NCBI GenBank assembly: GCA_963754925.1
Contig: CAVWHX010000004.1
Location: 1,088,001-1,152,000 of the forward strand
Direction: 5' to 3'
Source: an uncultured delta proteobacterium
Lineage (GTDB): Bacteria > Myxococcota > B64-G9
Length of the DNA stretch: 64,000 nt
Position 1 is the first letter of the stretch. The number at the start of each line of letters is the position of its first letter. The position numbers and the translations under genes are program-made. This document shows positions 57,573-64,000 of the stretch, one piece after another. Below the pieces are notes generated by a model. That model did not search any database, had not been told where the DNA came from, and saw only the letters and a program-made list of their open reading frames with translations.

Positions 57573-59906
57573 TTGTCGATCAAAAACCTATTCAAACTAA
57601 CCGGCTTCAAGCTGGGGCTTATCATAACATTGTGCTTTTGCGCGGTGCGGTTGACGCAAGGCGCCTTTTCCGGTACCAAGTTTTTTACGTTTCTCCAAGA
57701 CCTTGATAACTCTATCCTAGATATGAAATTCATCATCCGCGGCGCGAAGAATCCTCAGGAATTCCAAAAAAAAGCCCACGTGGTAATTGTCGGCCTCGAC
57801 GAAAAAAGCATGCGTATGAAGGATCTGGGGTTGTGGCCGTGGCCCCGAAGCACTATTGCTAAACTGATAACTCAGCTGAAGAGCTGCGGCGCCACGGTAA
57901 TTGGATTTGATGCCGTGTTTTCCGAGCCGGACAACTCGCGCGTCGTGCCGGTGCTTGATAAATTGATACAGCTCTATAACCAAGCCAACGCCCACGACCC
58001 GGCTTTTTCTCAACAACTACTGCAGGTGCTCGACGACGCCCAGGGCGATAAAAAACTCGCGGCGGTGCTTGAGGAAAGTGCCAATGTTGTCCTAGGATAC
58101 TTCTTTTTTATCAACCAGTCCGAGTTGGAGGGTCAGGGCAAGGAGCTTGCCAACCTCGATGGCGACGATGGGTTGATTCCGATCAACCGCTACGTCCCCT
58201 ATCCGCACCTGGATCCTCACCTGTCTTTGATGGAAGCGGTTGGGGTGCGCCTCAACCTACCTATCTTCAATGAAGCCAATGAGTATTTCGGCTACTTCAA
58301 TGTACTCGCCGATAGCGATGGCATCTTTCGCAAGGTGCCGATGGTGTTCTTGTACAAGGGCAACGTCTATCCGTCGTTGTCGTTGCAGCTCTTATCGCGC
58401 TACTACAACCAACCGATCAATTTGTTTGTCAACACCAGCGCGAAGACACATCGTGCGATCGAGGAGCATCTCGAGCTGTACCTCGGTCCCCTCGGAGAGA
58501 TAACCGAAGACCACCGGCGTATCCCCCTGCAGTCGGGCGGGTTGTTTCGGCTCAACTTCTATGGCGGCCAGAAGACGTTTCGGCATGTATCGGCCGGCGA
58601 CATCATTCACCATGAGCCCGAGGCCTGCCGAGCGGTCAAGGACAACGTAGCGCTCGTCGGCGCCACCGCCATCGGCGTGTACGATCTGCGCCCCATACCT
58701 TTTGATCCGAGCTTTGCTGGCGTTGAGCTCCATGCCACCGCTGTCGAAAACGTGATCAGCGGAAACCTCCTCGTCCGTCCCGACCATGCTCAGGAATGGG
58801 AGGCGCTTTTTTTATTGGCGATCGGTATTGTCATCAGCTGGTTTCTCACCCGCCTCCGTCTGACGACCGGTCTTATTTTTTCTCTGGCGTTGATTGTGGC
58901 CCTGGCGCTGGCGGACTTCGTGCTTTTTTATAACGGGCTGGTTTTTTATACGGTTCTTCTTGGCTTTCAAAATATTTTTCTGTTTGTATTCATAGCGGTG
59001 TACCGTTACGCAACCGAAGAGCGTGAGAAGAGCAAGTATCGGCACGCCTTTCAGTTCTACCTGAGTAAAAGCGTGATTGACACCATGCTGCAGGACACCT
59101 CCAAGCTCAAGCTGGGCGGCGAGCGGCGGGAGCTTTCGGTGCTCTTCTCGGACATCCGCGGTTTTACCACCGTATCAGAGCAACTGGCGCCTGAAGTCCT
59201 GACCGAGTTACTCAACGAATATCTCACCCCTATGTCTGACCTGGTGCTCAAGTACAACGGCACCCTCGACAAGTACATCGGCGACATGATCATGGCGATA
59301 TTCGGGGCGCCCTGGCACTATCCCGACCACGCCCGCGCCGCGTGTGAAACCGCGCTGGCCATGATGGATGCGTTGGCCCGGCTGCAGGCGTCCTGGCGCA
59401 CCCGAGGGCTACCCGTACTCGACATCGGCATCGGCATCAATACTGGCTCCATGTCGGTCGGTAACATGGGTTCTAAATCGCGCTTCAACTATACGGTGAT
59501 CGGGGACCATGTCAATCTGGGTTCGCGATTGGAAGGACTCAACAAAGAATACGGCACCCATATCGTCATCAGCGAATTTACCCACGCGCACATACAGGAT
59601 CAGTTTACGTGCCGTAAGCTCGATTCGGTCGTCGTCAAGGGAAAAGTCGAACCGGTCGATATCTACGAGTTGCTGCACCGCGGCGCGCTCGATTCTGAAC
59701 ACGATGCGTGGATACACGCGTTTGACCAAGCCGTTCTGCAGTATAAGGCTCAGCGATGGGATGAGGCGTGCGCGTGCTTTAGCCAAGTACTCCAGAAGCG
59801 GCCTGCCGACCACCCGACCCAAAGGTACCTCGATCGCTGCGAAGAAATGAAAGCCAATCCCCCGGGACCAGAATGGGACGGGGTGTTTATTATGGAAACA
59901 AAGTAG
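57573..59906 (+). CDS. CHASE2-domain class III adenylate/guanylate cyclase
   Basis: WPWPRS, IGFDAVFSEP, GVELHA; 3 TM helices; LFSDIRGFT, DKYIGD, YTVIGDHVNLGSRLEG. Confidence 0.93.
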   Translation: MSIKNLFKLTGFKLGLIITLCFCAVRLTQGAFSGTKFFTFLQDLDNSILDMKFIIRGAKNPQEFQKKAHVVIVGLDEKSMRMKDLGLWPWPRSTIAKLITQLKSCGATVIGFDAVFSEPDNSRVVPVLDKLIQLYNQANAHDPAFSQQLLQVLDDAQGDKKLAAVLEESANVVLGYFFFINQSELEGQGKELANLDGDDGLIPINRYVPYPHLDPHLSLMEAVGVRLNLPIFNEANEYFGYFNVLADSDGIFRKVPMVFLYKGNVYPSLSLQLLSRYYNQPINLFVNTSAKTHRAIEEHLELYLGPLGEITEDHRRIPLQSGGLFRLNFYGGQKTFRHVSAGDIIHHEPEACRAVKDNVALVGATAIGVYDLRPIPFDPSFAGVELHATAVENVISGNLLVRPDHAQEWEALFLLAIGIVISWFLTRLRLTTGLIFSLALIVALALADFVLFYNGLVFYTVLLGFQNIFLFVFIAVYRYATEEREKSKYRHAFQFYLSKSVIDTMLQDTSKLKLGGERRELSVLFSDIRGFTTVSEQLAPEVLTELLNEYLTPMSDLVLKYNGTLDKYIGDMIMAIFGAPWHYPDHARAACETALAMMDALARLQASWRTRGLPVLDIGIGINTGSMSVGNMGSKSRFNYTVIGDHVNLGSRLEGLNKEYGTHIVISEFTHAHIQDQFTCRKLDSVVVKGKVEPVDIYELLHRGALDSEHDAWIHAFDQAVLQYKAQRWDEACACFSQVLQKRPADHPTQRYLDRCEEMKANPPGPEWDGVFIMETK

Positions 59907-60060
59907 TGACTCAGTTTGAGGCTTACGGATATTCGTCGAACGACACGCGACCGAAACCTATTAACCGCTTAATAGTTTAGCATTCAAAGCTTAAATGGGA
60001 CCTGAGTGTAGACGGTCGCCTGCCGAACACCCGTAAGCCTCTGGCAAACTGAGTCACTAC
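59903..60060. mobile_element. MITE/REPIN-like element, second family member
   Basis: GTAGTGACTCAGTTTG / CAAACTGAGTCACTAC perfect 16 bp IR plus AGGCTTACGG/CCGTAAGCCT; shares TTCGTCGAACGACACG with the 37.5 kb element. Confidence 0.75.
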
Positions 60061-60147
60061 CTAAACTTAGATCACGTTGACAGCGTGCGACTTTTCTGTT
60101 ATTGAAATTGCAAGCTTTTTTGTACAATAACAGCGGGGAGTATCGAT

Positions 60148-60795
60148 ATGAGTGATGATGATAAGCTTTTTGAGCGCTTCGGCAAAAAGTTTAGCGCCGG
60201 CACGATTGTTTTTAATGAAGGAGATCCTGGCGACGAGATGTACCTGATCCAAACCGGCAAGGTGAATATCACCAAGAGAACTCATGATGCTGAGAAGGTC
60301 TTGGTGACGTTGGGCCCCGGAGCGTTTTTTGGAGAAATGGCGATCATCAATCAGAAACCTCGCTCGGCTACGGCGGTGGTGGTTGAAGGTGCTCATTTGT
60401 TGGTCGTCGGGCCGAAAACCTTTGATACGATGATCCGCGGCAATGTTGAGATCGCCGTGCGCATGATAAAGATTTTGGCCCAACGTCTGCAGGAGGCCGA
60501 CAATCAGATCGAAAACTTGTTATTGAAGGACTACAACAGTCGGGTCGTGTATTGTTTAGCGAATCTGGTGCCAAAGGGGCGAGCGATTGCGGGCGGGACG
60601 TTGGTGGCGATCAACGCCGAAAGCCTGGCGCAGAAGGTTGGACTCGCGCCAGGTCTGGTGGGAGAGGTATTGGGCAAGCTCCTCAAGGCGAAGCTTATCC
60701 GCGAGCACGAAGGCGGACTTCTGATCCACGATGCCAATCGGCTCCGTGAATTTCTTGAGTTCCTGGAAATGAAGGATACGTTTGGCGATAGCTAA
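60148..60795 (+). CDS. Crp/Fnr family regulator (cNMP-binding + HTH)
   Basis: VFNEGDPGDEMYLIQTG..FFGEMA..PRSATA; C-terminal HTH. Confidence 0.9.
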   Translation: MSDDDKLFERFGKKFSAGTIVFNEGDPGDEMYLIQTGKVNITKRTHDAEKVLVTLGPGAFFGEMAIINQKPRSATAVVVEGAHLLVVGPKTFDTMIRGNVEIAVRMIKILAQRLQEADNQIENLLLKDYNSRVVYCLANLVPKGRAIAGGTLVAINAESLAQKVGLAPGLVGEVLGKLLKAKLIREHEGGLLIHDANRLREFLEFLEMKDTFGDS

Positions 60796-60901
60796 TACGG
60801 CCATGACGCGGCGGCTCACCGTCGAGGTGCTGGGCTGCCACGGCGGCGAGATGGCGGGACCGCCCCATCCCGATCATGAAGATGGGTGATCGATACCGGA
60901 T

Positions 60902-62278
60902 ATGAATATCTCAGAAGTTACGGCTTTTCTGTACGCCCTTAAGCCGCCTGTCATCCACTTTGGCCTAGAGAACACCCGGCAGGTGTTGGCGAAACTGGGC
61001 AACCCGCAAACAGCTTTTCGGGTGGTGCACGTTGCCGGTTCCAACGGTAAGGGCTCTACCTGTGCGTTCCTTGACGCCATTCTTCGACAAGCTGGTTTTC
61101 GCGTCGGGTTGTTCACGTCGCCGCATCTGATCGACTATCGCGAGCGATTTGCTATCAACGGCAAGCTGGTCGATGATGCAGACATCGTAGCGGCGATGGA
61201 AAAAGTTTTGCGCGTGGGTCTTGAAATCGATCCGAGTGAGGTGTCCCAATTCATCGCGCGCGAGGACCTCCTCGATCGCATGCAGCCGGGGACCTGGTTT
61301 GGCCAACGCGGGGAGGCCAGCCGATTTACCGTGCTCACCTTCTTCGAGTGCACTACCGTCCTGGCGATGGTATTATTTGCCGAAGCCAACGTTGACGTTG
61401 CAGTGATGGAAACCGGCATGGGAGGCCGATTGGATGCCACCAATGTCGTTGCCCCGATGGTATCGGTAATCACGCCGATCCATATTGAGCACACCGCATG
61501 GTTGGGAGACACCCTCACGAAGATTGCAAAAGAGAAAGCCGGGATCATCAAGCCCGGTATTCCGGTGGTTGTCGCAGCCCAACACCCTGAAGCCCGGCTT
61601 GTGTTCGAACAAACCGCGATCGAGTTGCAAGCGCCGCTCTCGTTAATGGGCGTTGATTTTGATGGCGCCGGGGGCTGGCGCGCGGCCTCCTTCCGCGCCG
61701 GGGACAGACATTTTGGTCCGGTGCGGTTGGGGCTTCGCGGCGACCACCAGGTCATAAACGCTGCAGCGGCCGTCGGGTGCCTGCCCTGGCTCGAGCGGGA
61801 ACTTGGGCCAATTGCCGAATCCTCTTTGGAAATAGGTTTGCGGGAAGTTGTTTGGCCGGGACGCTTTGAATGTTTTGGGCAGCGCGGGGAATGGATTTTG
61901 GACGGCGCACACAATCCCGATGGGGCGAAAGTGCTCGCAAGCACGGTCCGCGATGTGTTTCCTTCGATGAAGCTCCGACTGTTGTTTGGGGTGCTTTCGG
62001 ACAAGCAGGCCGAGTTGATGTTAACGGAATTGCAGCCGCTCGCCGCTCAAATCGAGCTTGCCCGTCCGCTCGATGAGCGCGGCCGCGATCCGGAGAGCCT
62101 TCGACCGTTGGTGACGGGTCCTACCCGGGCGCACGCATCGGTGGCCGAGGCCCTTCAGCTTCTCTCCCGAGAAAGCGGACCGCCGATCCTCGTCACCGGA
62201 TCGTTGACCGTTGTCGGAGAGGCTCGAGCGTGGTTGCTCAGCCAGGGATTGCGTCCACTACGAGCTGATTTGTTGTGA
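60902..62278 (+). CDS. folC: Dihydrofolate synthase/folylpolyglutamate synthase
   Basis: HVAGSNGKGST, FTSPHL, ETGMGGRLDATN, WPGRFE, DGAHN, TGSL. Confidence 0.95.
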   Translation: MNISEVTAFLYALKPPVIHFGLENTRQVLAKLGNPQTAFRVVHVAGSNGKGSTCAFLDAILRQAGFRVGLFTSPHLIDYRERFAINGKLVDDADIVAAMEKVLRVGLEIDPSEVSQFIAREDLLDRMQPGTWFGQRGEASRFTVLTFFECTTVLAMVLFAEANVDVAVMETGMGGRLDATNVVAPMVSVITPIHIEHTAWLGDTLTKIAKEKAGIIKPGIPVVVAAQHPEARLVFEQTAIELQAPLSLMGVDFDGAGGWRAASFRAGDRHFGPVRLGLRGDHQVINAAAAVGCLPWLERELGPIAESSLEIGLREVVWPGRFECFGQRGEWILDGAHNPDGAKVLASTVRDVFPSMKLRLLFGVLSDKQAELMLTELQPLAAQIELARPLDERGRDPESLRPLVTGPTRAHASVAEALQLLSRESGPPILVTGSLTVVGEARAWLLSQGLRPLRADLL

Positions 62279-62451
62279 AAAACCCGAGTAAAGAGTTGTT
62301 ATAATTATCTAGTTTATAATGAGTTATCAGTAAGAAACTTGTGGTGCGGAGTCTCGTATGATAGCATTTTGTAGTGTTTTTAGAGAAAGAATTGTCTTTG
62401 CACTATCAGAATAAAAACTGAGATTGTTCTGATACATCGGGAGGTAGTGGG

Positions 62452-64000
62452 ATGCTCAGGGGAAGAAAACCAAGGGTCGTATGGTTTCTTTCGCTGGTTT
62501 TTGGGGTAGCACTGCCCGCCTTAGCAAATCCAGCCAATCGAATCCACCAGGTGCGCCTATCGCAAGAAAGTGGGCAGACCGTGGTTGAAATTGCCGGCGA
62601 TCGCGCTTTGAATTTCACCACGTTTAAGCAGGATGCGCCCAAACGGGTGGTTGTCGACATGGCGGAGTGCTCCTTCACCGGGGTGCCGCGGAATATTGCT
62701 GGTGACGGCCAGTTGGTTGACACCATATCCACCTCGGAAGTTACCGGAGGTCCTCATAACATATCCAGGGTGGTAATCAGTTTGTCGCGGGAGGTTGAGT
62801 ACCGCGTGACGGCCCGGGGGGGCTCTCTGTTTATTTATCTCACTCCGGGAACAGGCGGTTTATTGGTTTCTGCCGGCATACCTATGGCGCCAGAACGATC
62901 GGAATCAACCACTGCCCTGGATTCATCAAAAACATCTAAAAACACCAACCTTTCCCTCCCCATCGGGGAAGAGGTTAAACCAATTCAGCTCGCCATGGCA
63001 ACGCAGAAAGATACGACAGCCCGTGAGGAAAGATCTATTGAACCTATTCGTGAGCTACCGTCAGCTACGGTAGTAGAACCAAAGCCAACGCAAGCGCCCG
63101 AACCAAAACTAACGCCGGTTGTTGAATCGAAACCGGAACCTAAGCAAGAACCGAAAGCTAAGGCCATACCGGTAGTAGAACCAAAGCCAACGCAGGCGCC
63201 CGAACCAAAACTAACGCCGGTTGTTGAATCGAAACCGGAACCTAAGCAGGAACCGAAAGCTAAGGCCGTACCGGTAGTAGAAGAGAAACCTGCCCCGGTG
63301 TCCGAGCCGAAACCAGCACCAGCGGTTGTTTCCAAACCAATGCCAGAGCCGGCGACAGAGCCTAAGGCGATGCCTACGATGGAACCAAAAGTAGCTCCAG
63401 CGCCTGAGGCCAAGGCGACGGTAGTGGCTGAATTAACATCAACACTGCCACCCGTGCCGGAATCTAAACCTACTCCGGTGGCAGCACCAACGCCCGCTTC
63501 TGCGCCGAAGCTAACGCCTACGCCGATAGCTGAATTAAAACCAGCGCCGGCGCCCGTGGAGCCTAAACCCCCGCAGATCCGAGAGCAAAAGACGGTTCCT
63601 GCGTCTGAACCAAAGCCCGTACGCATTGCTCAGTTAACGCCAACGCCTAAACCCACGCCGGTAGAGGAAGTAAAACCTGCGTATCCACCTGAAACAAAAG
63701 TTGCATCTTTAGTCCCCCCCCCACCGACCGCCGACCGGAAACAAGCACCCGCCAAAACCGAGGAACCAGTACAGGAAAAAACACCGCTTGTGACCCCGAC
63801 AAAATCGGTAAGCTCGGTTTCAAAGACCGAACGAGTTAAAGGTGCCGCCGCCGGCTGAAATGGTTGTGGAGGCCCCCTCGCAGCCTCCAGTTCCCGAGGA
63901 CCAGATCGAAGATATTTCACCGCCTGCACCACCACCGCCAAAAGCAGCAACTGACGAGGCGCCCCAAAAGCTGAAGGTCAGGAGTAACGAGCCTCCTTCC
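62452..64000 (+). CDS. AMIN-domain exported protein with long Pro/Glu/Lys-rich linker; +1 frameshift near 63838, continues off window
   Basis: Signal peptide; NFTTFK..PKRVVVD..SRVVI (AMIN). The +1 frame continues open as KVPPPAEMVVEAP.. to 64000. Confidence 0.75.
63068..63282. repeat. 102 bp tandem repeat (2.1 copies) in AMIN linker
   Basis: CGGTAGTAGAA recurs at 63068, 63170 and 63272; the 34 aa unit VVEPKPTQAPEPKLTPVVESKPEPKQEPKAKAIP is duplicated. Confidence 0.92.

Overview
This is a 64 kb chromosomal segment from a GC-rich diderm bacterium. The gene families (MXAN_5187-like and MXAN_2561/2562-like proteins, PilZ-REC, FHA/Ser-Thr kinase clusters, AMIN protein) point to Myxococcota or a related deltaproteobacterial lineage; the taxonomy is inferred. 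The backbone is housekeeping and envelope genes (hup, mltD, dusB, carAB, ackA, mgsA, truA, nth, TolC, MlaC-like, lptD, lgt, folC, tRNA-Gln, tRNA-Ala) plus many signalling genes. Notable accessory content: (1) a three-tier set of small palindromic elements, comprising GTAG-ended MITE/REPIN-like units, REP doublets and a ~50-62 bp covarying double-hairpin element that appears to insert inside REPs and at stop codons; (2) two convergent ~1400 aa CoA-activase/dehydratase fusions of the PlsAR/Ger ether-lipid type, separated by an AT-rich ABC-ATPase + TOPRIM-like cassette; (3) an operon with two apparent single-repeat 'half-TolC' proteins and an Ig/lamin-tail lipoprotein; (4) a decayed 1.67 kb island at tRNA-Ala with a serine-recombinase stub, an RHH protein and a heptad-repeat protein, followed by a papain-like lipoprotein; (5) unusual fusions (SatP-wHTH, FN3/CFI-box/beta-barrel, FHA-TadA with an altered Walker A). 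Six genes show single-base frameshifts, most likely assembly indels. All family assignments come from motif recognition by eye, not database searches.
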